Source: Nanobdellota archaeon (GTDB lineage Archaea > Nanobdellota > Nanobdellia > Woesearchaeales > CAZZGN01). From it: DNA of 64,000 nucleotides. The stretch lies in contig JBNJDG010000001.1 in NCBI GenBank assembly GCA_051819665.1, positions 4,369 through 68,368 on the forward strand. Direction: 5' to 3'. The translations under genes and the position numbers were made by a program. A model generated the notes under the pieces. That model was not told the origin of the DNA, made no database searches, and saw only the letters and a list, made by a program, of their open reading frames with translations. Position 1 is the stretch's first letter, and each line of letters starts with the position of its first letter. This document shows, one piece after another, positions 55,224 to 64,000 of the stretch.

Positions 55224-56126
55224 GTGATTCAGATGAAAGAATCAAGATTAAGGATAATGGGTAAAGTATTCAGGTATACGGTGGATTTTTTCCACGAGAG
55301 AGGTTTTATACAGTTGATGCCAGTGATGCTCGGCAAGTCAGTGGATCCTTTGGGGCCGGATCCTTCTAGTTCGGTAGTTAAGATACCGGAGGTGGATTAT
55401 CAGGGGGATAAGCTGAGTCTTATGACTTCCATGATACTTCACAAGCAGATCGCTTTAAGGAGATTGGAGAAGATCTTCATCATGAGCCCAAACATAAGGC
55501 TTGAAAGTCCTGGCAGGAAGGACAGCGGTAAGCATCTCTTCGAGTTTACACAGGCTGACTTTGAGATCAGGGATGCAGAGATGGAAGAGGTATTCGGCCT
55601 TTTAGAGGAATATTTTGCCGGCCTCTCAAAGTACCTGAGAGAGCATGCTTCTCAAGAGTTCGGGAAGCTCGGGATACCTGTGTTTGAGTTCAGGACGCCC
55701 TTCAGGAAAGTCCTTACGGAGGACCTGGAAAAGAAGTACGGCAAGGACTGGGAGCGGATAGCCTCGGAGGAAGCAACACAACCCTTCTGGGCAATCAGCC
55801 ATAAGAGGGAGTTCTACGAGAAAGAGGATCCTGAAAGTGAAGGCAGGTTCCTCAACTATGACCTCATCTATCCGAAAGGATTCTGCGAAGCCATCTCAGG
55901 AGGACAAAGGGAGCATGACCATGATAGGCTGCAGGAGAAGATAGAGAAATCAGGCCTTGATAAGAAGAGGTATGAGAGGTACCTGTCTTACGCAAAGCAG
56001 GGGCTTTATCCGTCAGCCGGCGCAGGTATAGGTATGGAGAGGCTTGTACGTTTCCTGACGCAAGCAGAGCATGCGGGAGATGTATCATTGTTCAGGAGAG
56101 TTCCGGGAGAGAGTGTGGAAATATGA
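55224..56126 (+). CDS. asnA: archaeal-type asparagine synthetase A (AsnRS-core paralogue, aspartate-ammonia ligase)
   Basis: 300 aa class II aaRS catalytic-core-like protein without anticodon-binding domain (…FEFTQADFE…, GGQREHDHDRL, GAGIGMERLVRFL motif 3-like), as in the Pyrococcus AsnA-type enzyme. Confidence 0.65.
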   Translation: MIQMKESRLRIMGKVFRYTVDFFHERGFIQLMPVMLGKSVDPLGPDPSSSVVKIPEVDYQGDKLSLMTSMILHKQIALRRLEKIFIMSPNIRLESPGRKDSGKHLFEFTQADFEIRDAEMEEVFGLLEEYFAGLSKYLREHASQEFGKLGIPVFEFRTPFRKVLTEDLEKKYGKDWERIASEEATQPFWAISHKREFYEKEDPESEGRFLNYDLIYPKGFCEAISGGQREHDHDRLQEKIEKSGLDKKRYERYLSYAKQGLYPSAGAGIGMERLVRFLTQAEHAGDVSLFRRVPGESVEI

Positions 56127-56166
56127 AGGCAAGTTTTAAATATGTCTACGATTCTTTCGCCGGGAG

Positions 56167-57462
56167 GTGCGGAAAATGGGATTTTTATCGATAAAAGAAG
56201 CAATGGAACAAGGAGAAGGCGAAGTCGCTCTCCGAGGGTGGATTTATCGTGAACGAGGCAGTAAGAAGCTGAAATTCATCGTATTGCGGGATAGTACACA
56301 GATCATCCAGTGCGTTGTCAATCGAAGTAGTATTGGTGAAGAGAAGTTCGGGGCTGCTGAAAAGCTGCAGATTGAAACCAGTATGAAAATTTGGGGTACG
56401 ATAAAACAGGATGAACGGGCCCCTACAGGGTTTGAAGTGCAGGTGTCTGATTTTGAAGTGGTCGGTGAATCGGATCAGTTCCCTATCAACAAGGACCAGA
56501 GTGTCGAACACTTGATGGATAATCGTCATCTCGCCCTTCGTACGAGACGCCTGACCGCTATTCTCAAGATAAGATCGACGATGCTGTTCGCATTCCACGA
56601 ATATCTCCACGACCTTGGTTATACGGAAGCGCAGGCGCCTACGTTCAACGCTTCGACAAGTGAAGGCGGGTCGAGCACGTTCAAAGTCGATTATTTCGGC
56701 GGTAAGGCTTTCCTGACACAGAGCTGGCAGTTTTATGCTGAGAACTTCATCCACGCGTTAGAGGATGTATATGCTCTCGCACCATCATTCCGTGCTGAAA
56801 AATCATCGACGAACAGGCATCTGACTGAATTCTGGCATCTTGAAGTCGAATCCGCGTGGAAGGGTATGACTGATATCCTGAGTGTTGCTGAAGGGTGCAC
56901 CATGCATGCTATCAAGAGAATCCTTGAGAAGCATGAGACTGAGCTAGAGACTCTTGGTGTGGATACGGGCCCTTGGAAAAAGATCGAAGCGCCGTTCCCG
57001 CGTATGACTTATGATAAGGCTATCAAGACCCTTCAGGATAAAGGTTTTGAGATTAAGTATGGAGAAGATTTCGGTGCTCCTGAGGAGAAGGAGCTTGCAA
57101 GACCTTACGGTGTTCCTATCGCTGTGACGAACTATCCACTTGAGATCCTCAAGTTCTACCATGGAGAGGATCCTGATAAGCCAGGGACAGGTATGAACTT
57201 CAACGTGCTCGCACCAGGTCTTGGTGAGATAATCGACGGATCGCAGCGAGAATCTGACTTGAAGAAGATCGAGGAACGTCTCGAGCAGGATGGTGTAGAC
57301 CTTGGTGATTCTGACTGGTATCTTGACTCCAGAAGGTATGGATCCGTGCCGCACGCCGGCTTTGGTCTCGGTACTGAGCGTGTCCTGCAATGGCTTCTCG
57401 GTCTCGATCACATCAGGGATGCATTGCCGTTTCCCCGGTTCATGAACCGTATCAGGCCTTAG
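56167..57462 (+). CDS. asnS: asparaginyl-tRNA synthetase
   Basis: 431 aa; N-terminal OB domain; PSFRAEKSSTNRHLTEFWHLEVE is the AsnRS-specific motif 2 region; GFGLGTERVLQWL motif 3. Codon usage (CGN Arg, TCG, ACG) differs from the neighbouring genes. Confidence 0.85.
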   Translation: MRKMGFLSIKEAMEQGEGEVALRGWIYRERGSKKLKFIVLRDSTQIIQCVVNRSSIGEEKFGAAEKLQIETSMKIWGTIKQDERAPTGFEVQVSDFEVVGESDQFPINKDQSVEHLMDNRHLALRTRRLTAILKIRSTMLFAFHEYLHDLGYTEAQAPTFNASTSEGGSSTFKVDYFGGKAFLTQSWQFYAENFIHALEDVYALAPSFRAEKSSTNRHLTEFWHLEVESAWKGMTDILSVAEGCTMHAIKRILEKHETELETLGVDTGPWKKIEAPFPRMTYDKAIKTLQDKGFEIKYGEDFGAPEEKELARPYGVPIAVTNYPLEILKFYHGEDPDKPGTGMNFNVLAPGLGEIIDGSQRESDLKKIEERLEQDGVDLGDSDWYLDSRRYGSVPHAGFGLGTERVLQWLLGLDHIRDALPFPRFMNRIRP

Positions 57463-57627
57463 AAAAAGCGCTTGATATTGATTTTTATTTGGTTTTTTTA
57501 TTGAAAGGCTGATTTTCAGAAAAGTATATAAATGAGCGAATCTGTAATGTTAATCTCGGAATGTCAGAAAAAACCAAGAACAGTCCGAGTATAATTCTGT
57601 TATTTGGTTCTATTGGGGGTAATAAGA

Positions 57628-58158
57628 ATGGGTGCTGAATTGATTGGGCCTAAGGAGTATGATGTGAATAAAAACATGAGCAGGTTTCTTGAGGATTATA
57701 CTATAAATAATTTTTCTATGGATCCTGATATCGGCTTTGGACTCAAGGGTGGCTATAAGGATTCTGAGGATAAGAACATGATCAAGGTCTATGACCTCTC
57801 TGATATGAAGAGCATAACCAAGAACAAGAACAGTAAAGCCGCTGAGCTCAGGGGTATCTCTTTCAGGCAGAATACAGGGAAAAATGAGAATAAGAAATAT
57901 TCATGTTTTGATGTTGATATAGGTGACCTTCTCCTGAGGATATTCATGGAGAATAATGGTGTTTCTGATGAGATCTTCAGGGAACCGAACCCGCAGACAA
58001 TAGATCTTGGATATAGTCTTGATTCGATATTCAAGGAGGATAAAGGAATCAGAGTGAATGTCTACGAGAGCCTTCCTTATAATGCCGAGACGAGGTGGTT
58101 CAAGTATAAGCTGGAGAATGATTATGGCATAAAGTTAGGTACGAGGGTTTTGGAATGA
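57628..58158 (+). CDS. hypothetical protein
   Basis: 176 aa from ATG 57628 (GGGGGT Shine-Dalgarno upstream); no recognizable family. Confidence 0.35.
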   Translation: MGAELIGPKEYDVNKNMSRFLEDYTINNFSMDPDIGFGLKGGYKDSEDKNMIKVYDLSDMKSITKNKNSKAAELRGISFRQNTGKNENKKYSCFDVDIGDLLLRIFMENNGVSDEIFREPNPQTIDLGYSLDSIFKEDKGIRVNVYESLPYNAETRWFKYKLENDYGIKLGTRVLE

Positions 58159-58242
58159 ACTTAAAAACCTCTTCTTTCTCCGGAATATGAAGGCAAATAT
58201 CCTGATCTTGAGACTATAAGGAGCATAAATGAACTGAACGAG

Positions 58243-59436
58243 CTACTCTTCTAGGATCTTATCCATTGTGTCGATGATCCTCTTCTCGAAATCATGTTTG
58301 TTCTCTCCTTCTTCTTTACCGATATCGAGGTTCTGTATGAGTTTTTTCGTCGTCTCAGTCTCATTGTCAAGGTCGACTGAAATCTGCCCAATATGCTCAT
58401 TGATGACCTCATCCTCAATCTCTTCCATAGATCCCTGCTTCACCTTGACCTCGTTGAGCTTCTCTGTAGAGACAGCAGTGGTATTCTTCATTATGAAATA
58501 AGCTCCTCTGCTGTAAGCATCATCGAAGATCTCCCTGAAATTTATCTCGGATAGCTTACCGATAAGCTGTCCTTTCATCCTTAAAGTGATTATCTTATCC
58601 TCTGTGTGAGAGAGTTTCTGCCTTAGTTCCCTGCTTACCTCATCGGGTTTCCTGTTCGCGCAATCTATCTTTATGCTCTCATGCCCTTTAGGTATGATCT
58701 CTTTCCTTCTTATATCTCCCTCATCATATATGTAATAGCTTCCCATGCCGAGCTCTTCAAGCTCTGTGAAATTGTTAGGGTAAGTTGGTCCGGGATAAAC
58801 AACGTTCCTGTAATCATCCATGTTCTCATGCCTTGTTATGTGGACATGTCCTCCTGCATAATAATCGAATCCTTTCGGTAATAATGATATGGGCGAGCCT
58901 TCGATCTTCTCGAGCCTCTTCGGCTTAAGTTCTGAGACAGTGGTGTGGAACAGGAAGATCTTGAAGCCTTCCTCTGTTTCCAGATTCTCCCTCTCAAGGG
59001 ATTCGTAATACTGCCTGTCGAGCATCCCTCTCTTCCCCAGCATGCCCGTTATCTTCGCTCCTGTAGGATTATCCTCTGTAAATTTGAGCTTGAGCTTATT
59101 ATCCTCCACTTCTCCCTTCACTACATTAGTGGCTAGCCCTGCTTCCTCTATTATATCGAGCATGGTCTTCCCACTCGGAGAGTAATCATGACTTCCCGCT
59201 ATAATATAAACCCTGATGCCTTTCCCGTTGAGATCCTTTAATCTCTTGATGGCAAGCCTCAGTGAATCGACATCCGGGAAAGATGTGTTGAAAAGATCTC
59301 CTGAAATGAGAAGGAAATCGACTTCCTGTTCTATGATCTCATCTATTACTGTATTGAAAGCCTGGTGGTTTATCTCCTTCATCCGTGGCTCTCTCCATCC
59401 TCCGAGATGACAGTCAGCAATATGTGCGAATCTCAT
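58243..59436 (-). CDS. mre11: DNA double-strand-break repair nuclease Mre11
   Basis: Calcineurin-like phosphoesterase motifs are present: [14 protein letters not shown] (D-x-H), ISGDLFN (GDxxD), IIAGSHDY (GNHD variant) and GGHVHITRH (GH-x-H). A 4-nt overlap links it with herA. Confidence 0.8.
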   Translation of the reverse strand: MRFAHIADCHLGGWREPRMKEINHQAFNTVIDEIIEQEVDFLLISGDLFNTSFPDVDSLRLAIKRLKDLNGKGIRVYIIAGSHDYSPSGKTMLDIIEEAGLATNVVKGEVEDNKLKLKFTEDNPTGAKITGMLGKRGMLDRQYYESLERENLETEEGFKIFLFHTTVSELKPKRLEKIEGSPISLLPKGFDYYAGGHVHITRHENMDDYRNVVYPGPTYPNNFTELEELGMGSYYIYDEGDIRRKEIIPKGHESIKIDCANRKPDEVSRELRQKLSHTEDKIITLRMKGQLIGKLSEINFREIFDDAYSRGAYFIMKNTTAVSTEKLNEVKVKQGSMEEIEDEVINEHIGQISVDLDNETETTKKLIQNLDIGKEEGENKHDFEKRIIDTMDKILEE

Positions 59437-61004
59437 AGACCTACTCCTTCAAAGCTTTTCTTGTACTTCTCTTTATTGTGCCTGTTCTGGTAATCTTCTG
59501 CAAATTTCCTGAAATAGGGTATCTTGACCGGAGCCGCGAATTTCATGAAGTTAGAGCTTATAAGCGCCTCTCCTACATCAAGGGAAGCTATGGCCTTGCT
59601 GTCCTCACTAAGATCCTGTGATGCGGACTCTATGATCGCCTGCCTTTCCGATTGCATCTCTATACCAAGGATTATCTTCGTGTTCATGTTCGCGAGTATC
59701 TCCCTCGGTATGAGTGAAGGAAGTTGGGTAACAGCTGTAAGCCCGATGTTGAATTTCCTGCCTTCTCTTGCTATGCTCGAGAATATGTTCGGGCCTTTCT
59801 CAAGAACCTCCTTGCCTAATACTCTCGGTGCCTCTTCCAGGACTACAGAGATGACGGGCTTCTCTTCAAGGAGTCCTTTCATCTTGTAGTGTTTGTACTT
59901 CGAGAAGACTTCTCCTGTTATCATTGAACCTATAAGTATCTCTACAGCTCCTGAGAAATTGGAAGTGTCGATTATCACCGTTTTCCCTTTCTCAAGGTCA
60001 TTGCATATGTCCTCGATGGTGTTCTCTCCCGAAGAGAGCTGGAAAGCACCATTGCATATGAGCCGGTTGTTCTCGAAGCTGAGGTTCAGGAGGCTCAGCA
60101 TCCTCCTCTTAAGGACACCAAGAGTTCCTTCGTGAAAATTCTCTACCGGCTTTTCAAGTATTATGGACTCGATCCATTTTTCCCTGTATTTCTTATAATA
60201 GGCATGAAGGGCCTCTGATTGTGCTCTGCTCCATTCCACAGAGCCGTTGAAATGATGCGGTTTTATCTTCTCCAGGTTTATGGCGAGTGTCCTCTGTCCT
60301 GCGGGAACGTCTTTCGTTGTATAATAGACGGGCTTTTGAGGATGATCCTTCATGCCCAGGTCGTTTCTCCCGTAATACTCGTCATGGGGATCAAGTACCA
60401 ACATGCCGCAATAGTCCTTGTCCATGCTGTCCCATATCATACAGCTGAGGAGATTACTCTTCCCTCTTCCCGTAGTTGCCGGAATCAGGATGTGGTGAGA
60501 GAGCGCTTTCTCTCCATTGAGGTGCACGGGCAGATCCATCTCTTTCGATCCTGACCTCAGCTGTCCCACTGACAGAGGCTTTGCGGGTTTGGTTATGAAA
60601 TTCAGGTCCTCTTTCTTCACCTCTCTCACTTCAGAGAAAAAACCGGGCAGGTTCTTCGGGAGCCTTGCACCGAACTTGTCTATGGTCAGTATGCTTTTCA
60701 GTTTTGCAAGGGTGTATATCCTCAGGTGCTTGTCGAAAAGCTCTTCATTGTTCCCCTCTTCAAGGCTCATGCCCGAGATGAGCTCAATGTTCTGCTGGTT
60801 TATCTGGCTCCCGTAAACAAGGTCTTTCGCTTGTAGGAGAATCTTTTCCTGACCTCTCTCTGCAATAAGGAGCTCACCTATCTCGATATCCTCATCGGAT
60901 TTCTTCCTGACCAGTATCTCATTGAAGTCCCCGCTTATTATCTGCCCTTTCATATCTTTATCGTAATATGAACTAATATTTAAAGTTTTGAGATTTTGGT
61001 TCAT
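59433..61004 (-). CDS. herA: HerA-type bipolar DNA helicase (FtsK/HerA superfamily ATPase)
   Basis: Walker A ([16 protein letters not shown]) and Walker B ([11 protein letters not shown]) are present, and it is about 520 aa as in HerA. It is translationally coupled to mre11. Confidence 0.7.
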   Translation of the reverse strand: MNQNLKTLNISSYYDKDMKGQIISGDFNEILVRKKSDEDIEIGELLIAERGQEKILLQAKDLVYGSQINQQNIELISGMSLEEGNNEELFDKHLRIYTLAKLKSILTIDKFGARLPKNLPGFFSEVREVKKEDLNFITKPAKPLSVGQLRSGSKEMDLPVHLNGEKALSHHILIPATTGRGKSNLLSCMIWDSMDKDYCGMLVLDPHDEYYGRNDLGMKDHPQKPVYYTTKDVPAGQRTLAINLEKIKPHHFNGSVEWSRAQSEALHAYYKKYREKWIESIILEKPVENFHEGTLGVLKRRMLSLLNLSFENNRLICNGAFQLSSGENTIEDICNDLEKGKTVIIDTSNFSGAVEILIGSMITGEVFSKYKHYKMKGLLEEKPVISVVLEEAPRVLGKEVLEKGPNIFSSIAREGRKFNIGLTAVTQLPSLIPREILANMNTKIILGIEMQSERQAIIESASQDLSEDSKAIASLDVGEALISSNFMKFAAPVKIPYFRKFAEDYQNRHNKEKYKKSFEGVGL

Positions 61005-61181
61005 CTGATTTTGGCAATATTTTTATATTTGCTCTCCCCTTTTCCGTTGATATGGATGAGAAAAAGAAAGAAGCCCTGAAGAGGGCCAAAGAGGAAGAGA
61101 AGAAACATATAGAGAGCTTTGATGAGCTCAAGAGGGAAGAGGAGGAGTTTGAGGAAGAGAAAGAGGAACTGGATAAGACCC

Positions 61182-61916
61182 TCAGCGAATGAAATAATCA
61201 AGGGTCTTCTGATCCTTCTTTATCGATTCTTTAATATCTTTCTTCATCTCCTGCTGTTTTAGCAGCGCTTCGATGAACCTCTTTCTCGATTTCTTCCCGA
61301 GCACTCTGCTTTCCAGAACTTCTGCGAGTTTCTCGGGCCTGTTGAGGGTTGAGTTCCTTATTATGTTGATGAGGGCGGGTTCGAAGCTGTCCTTGGCAAG
61401 CACCCTTTTCGTCTCCTCCTGCTCTGTCAGTTCTTTCAGGAAACTCTCCCTCGTGTTGATGTTCAGTATTCCTCCTTCATCCATGAGTCCGGCGAGATTA
61501 TTCGGCTCGGAAAGCATTATGTATTTTATGATCTGAAGAGTCCTCAGTGTATTGTTCATGTAATTGTGTGTGTCAATCTTCCTGAATGCCTCATCAAGGA
61601 CGTCCTCGAGCCTTATCACTTCTATACCCGGGATGCTGAATGAGGCTGTTCTGCCTATGATCAGCACCTTCTTGTAATTACTGCTGTACTGCCTGACCTT
61701 CTTTTCCGCTCTGCTGAACCTCTTTTTGATCTCTTTCTTATCAGCATTTATTATCGAGCTCACGATCTCGACATGCCATACTTCTTTCCCTTTGGCAATG
61801 AAATCTATCGTATTCTTCCCGTCAGGGATATCCTTTATCGTGTAGAAACCTTTCCTGTTGAGCCAGAATTCCACTATGTCTTTCTCAGGACCCATAAGAC
61901 CACCTGATAAGGACAT
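61182..61916 (-). CDS. hypothetical protein with N-terminal Hjc-like restriction-endonuclease-fold domain and C-terminal helical domain
   Basis: The stretch GPEKDIVEFWLNRKGFYTIKDIPDGKNTIDFIAKGKEVWHVEIVSS follows the Hjc pattern GxxxEREL...GF.V.R....DIIA.K....IEVK. The terminal Lys position is Val. Confidence 0.3.
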   Translation of the reverse strand: MSLSGGLMGPEKDIVEFWLNRKGFYTIKDIPDGKNTIDFIAKGKEVWHVEIVSSIINADKKEIKKRFSRAEKKVRQYSSNYKKVLIIGRTASFSIPGIEVIRLEDVLDEAFRKIDTHNYMNNTLRTLQIIKYIMLSEPNNLAGLMDEGGILNINTRESFLKELTEQEETKRVLAKDSFEPALINIIRNSTLNRPEKLAEVLESRVLGKKSRKRFIEALLKQQEMKKDIKESIKKDQKTLDYFIR

Positions 61917-61952
61917 GTGGCTTTAAGTATATATTTCTTTCTGTTATAAGGC

Positions 61953-62669
61953 CTAATAAACCCTCATATCCTCTATCTTCTTAATCTCATCAATCTCTTC
62001 CTTGTTCACAGAACATCCGTTGAGTTTCACTCCCCATAATACGCCTTCAAGGAGCTTGTCCCTGAGATTCTCTATGACCATATGCTCAGAATTCTCTATA
62101 TACCTCTCTAAAAGACCCAGTTCATAAGCTACTGTGACAAGTTCGATGGATCTTATCACCTTCAGGTGCTTCACTTCCTCAAAGAATTTGTCTAAGTTAT
62201 CCTGATCCACGTGGATCTTGGTGTGGAGCCTCTTCCTCAGGGTCTCTCTGACATCCTTCGGGTCCTCGATGAGCTTTCTCGTTATCCTCTCATCTATTAC
62301 AATAGTGTCCACTTGATGATAAAGGGCTGTGGCTATGGCTTCCACCTCGCCATACTGGATGATTTTTATCCAATTCCCCTTCGCTTTGAAACATCGGTTG
62401 GCCAGATCAAGGAGGTAATGTGATTTTTTCTTTATGAAATCGTTCTCTATGACCTCAAAAGTACCTTGGGTTATGAGGGGCATTATCTGCAGAGCCTCGA
62501 GCTTGAATTTCTTCGTTCCGAGGGGCCTGTCTATAAGCTCTTTCTTGACCGCCCTTGGAATATAGAAAGTGCCTCTGAATTCTCTGTGGAGTGGCTCGAA
62601 GAGCCATATGAGGTTATTGAGGGCAAGGTTTATTATGGGTCCTGTGTCAAATATGATTGCTTTTTTCAT
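61953..62669 (-). CDS. PIN-like domain protein (238 aa)
   Basis: N-terminal AIIFDTGPIINLA (PIN motif I Asp), later EVEAIATAL and TIVIDER acidic residues; long C-terminal extension. Confidence 0.35.
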   Translation of the reverse strand: MKKAIIFDTGPIINLALNNLIWLFEPLHREFRGTFYIPRAVKKELIDRPLGTKKFKLEALQIMPLITQGTFEVIENDFIKKKSHYLLDLANRCFKAKGNWIKIIQYGEVEAIATALYHQVDTIVIDERITRKLIEDPKDVRETLRKRLHTKIHVDQDNLDKFFEEVKHLKVIRSIELVTVAYELGLLERYIENSEHMVIENLRDKLLEGVLWGVKLNGCSVNKEEIDEIKKIEDMRVY

Positions 62670-63214
62670 TTTATCCCGAAGATCTTCCTCGCGTGGTTTA
62701 TCCTTGATTTTATCCTCTCGTCCGTACCGAAACTGTCAGCTATATTGGTCTTCCCTATGTAAGCCATTAGCTCCCACTGTGAGAGGTTCATCAGCTCTGC
62801 AACCCTCGGGAGTGAGAGGCCGTTATAGAACAGTTTGCTTCCTTTCTTTATCTCCGCCTGATTGTATACATGGAGGATATACCTTCTAAGCTTTGTGTCT
62901 GCATTGCTTATCCTGTCGATTATGTCCTTTATGCATTCCCTGTATTTCTCGTACTGGTCGCTTTCAAGGTAAGTCTTCGCTTTTCTGAAAAGCGGGGAGA
63001 ATGATCTGTCTGTCTCTTCCTCATCATTTGCTAGAAGCTTCGAAAGGGAATATACGACGACTGCCAGTGTTATAGAGTCCTCATCCTGGAAGATCGAGGA
63101 ATTGTGATTTATTTGGTTGCTTATCCTCGAGAGCTCATGGACATCCTTATCGTTTATCGCTTCCCTCACCTTGGTAAGTATCTTAAGGATGTCCTTCTTT
63201 ATGATATTGTTCAT
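62666..63214 (-). CDS. hypothetical HTH protein (UPF0175-like C-terminal helix-turn-helix)
   Basis: C-terminal GLSLPRVAELMNLSQWELMAYIGK resembles UPF0175/antitoxin-type HTH; 4-nt overlap with downstream PIN-like gene. Confidence 0.3.
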   Translation of the reverse strand: MNNIIKKDILKILTKVREAINDKDVHELSRISNQINHNSSIFQDEDSITLAVVVYSLSKLLANDEEETDRSFSPLFRKAKTYLESDQYEKYRECIKDIIDRISNADTKLRRYILHVYNQAEIKKGSKLFYNGLSLPRVAELMNLSQWELMAYIGKTNIADSFGTDERIKSRINHARKIFGIK

Positions 63215-63311
63215 GATGAAAACTATTCACTGAAGTTTATATAAATCTTTCCTGACCACTTACTGGTGAATCAGAAACTTTAAAATATAGGTTTATAGAG
63301 TTCCAATTATA

Positions 63312-63572
63312 ATGAAAATCACGATAGATACTAAAGAGGATTCTGAAGGTGACATAAGGAAGGTGATCTTTCTGCTCAAGACACTTGTTGACGATAAGGA
63401 GCAGGGAACTGACGAAAACAAAGGTACAGAAACAGAGAAAGAGGAAGTGAAGAACAATTTCGCTTCCATGGGTTTCATGGGTTCCCAGTCACAACCGGCT
63501 CCTGATAATAGACAGAAAGAGGAGAAGGAAGAGGAGAAGAGCTCGAACGAGCCCAGGATAGTGACCTATTAA
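63312..63572 (+). CDS. hypothetical acidic protein (86 aa)
   Basis: ORF with E/K/D-rich composition; no domain recognized. Confidence 0.25.
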   Translation: MKITIDTKEDSEGDIRKVIFLLKTLVDDKEQGTDENKGTETEKEEVKNNFASMGFMGSQSQPAPDNRQKEEKEEEKSSNEPRIVTY

Positions 63573-63573
63573 A

Positions 63574-64000
63574 ATGTCGAAACCGAAATTCGAGGATATA
63601 GAAGGCCTTCTGGAAGAGGAGAGGAAAGAGGTAGGAAAGATTGGCCACAAAGTAGATGTGCTGAAGGAGCGTTTTGTTGATAAGACTCCTAATAAATTTT
63701 CTATGAGGGATGTGGCAAGATCTTTCTTCGGTGCTATGGTGGTGGCTTTCGGTTATGTCCTTAAAGGAGCTACTGTCAGTACAGCAGTACGTATGAGCCA
63801 GACTCATGTGCTGACTCTCATCTTTGCGAGCCTCTTCATACTAACACTGGAGATCCATTATTTCGGATGCAGGAAGATAAAGAACAAGAAGCAGAGGAAA
63901 CCTTTGCAGTTCATCCTGAAGAGACTACCGACATTCTACTTGGTCTCTCTTATAGTCTCCGCAGGGCTTGTATTCATATACGGGATAAATTACGATGCTT
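63574..64000 (+). CDS. hypothetical membrane protein, partial (runs off window end)
   Basis: ATG at 63574 is 1 nt after the previous stop; the frame stays open to 64000; hydrophobic segments (AMVVAFGYVL, LTLIFASLFILTL, FYLVSLIVSAGLVFIYG). Confidence 0.35.
   Translation, partial: MSKPKFEDIEGLLEEERKEVGKIGHKVDVLKERFVDKTPNKFSMRDVARSFFGAMVVAFGYVLKGATVSTAVRMSQTHVLTLIFASLFILTLEIHYFGCRKIKNKKQRKPLQFILKRLPTFYLVSLIVSAGLVFIYGINYDA

Noticed and set aside
61052-61192. 46-aa K/E-rich plus-strand ORF (MDEKKKEALKRAKEEEKKHIESFDELKREEEEFEEEKEELDKTLSE) and the 66-aa minus ORF 61001..61201 in the herA upstream gap
   Set aside because: Both are low-complexity. The plus ORF is purine-repeat driven. The minus ORF is a hydrophobic homopolymer-like antisense of it. 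They are more likely promoter or leader sequence for herA, so they are not annotated.
1-64000. Looked for rRNA genes, IS/transposase or integrase genes, restriction-modification systems, cas genes and toxin families
   Set aside because: None were recognized by motif inspection. The DNA methyltransferase-like gene at 13705-14217 carries NPPY, but it has the size and context of Mtq2-type protein methyltransferases, not an R-M enzyme.

Overview
This is a 64-kb archaeal chromosomal segment, about 42% GC and densely coded on both strands. The archaeal assignment rests on rpL7Ae, rpS28e, rpL24e, rpL35Ae, aEF-2, EF-1alpha, aEF-1beta, TFB, TFS, Trm1, an NMD3 homologue, an archaeal-type signal peptidase and HerA-Mre11. 

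Content, from start to end:
- A conserved translation block: rpl7ae-rps28e-rpl24e-ndk-aEF2-EF1a-rps10.
- A class II (NrdJ-type) ribonucleotide reductase. Its promoter carries two NrdR-box-like palindromes centred 32 bp apart.
- A tRNA-Ser(GGA). Its 3' end is repeated three times within 300 bp, which looks like att-site scars.
- TFB, convergent with a gene fusing a small kinase-fold domain to an Ogt (MGMT) domain.
- ileS, trm1, aEF-1beta, rtcA, alaX, an NMD3 homologue, signal peptidase and TFS.
- About 10 kb of co-directional energy-metabolism genes: rnfCDGEAB, then a single-polypeptide bacterial-type pyruvate:ferredoxin oxidoreductase, then ferredoxin and an Lpd-like flavoprotein. apbE sits divergent from rnfC behind a palindromic double-TATA promoter.
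- An archaeal type IV pilus/Tad-like locus. It has an oversized ATPase (750 aa) and platform protein (744 aa). Two tandem ribbon-helix-helix (RHH) genes under 60 aa lie upstream and are absent from the ORF track. Next come Q/G-rich coiled-coil proteins and three tandem paralogous membrane proteins.
- A tRNA-synthetase island: a bacterial-type aspS, then Lrp/AsnC divergent from an archaeal asnA-like gene, then an asnS with a sharply different codon usage.
- herA-mre11 without rad50 or nurA. Three co-directional genes precede it: an Hjc-like nuclease-fold protein, a PIN-like protein and an HTH protein.

No CRISPR array, rRNA, transposase or integrase gene was seen. All calls rest on reading the sequence and on remembered family motifs. 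No database searches were run.
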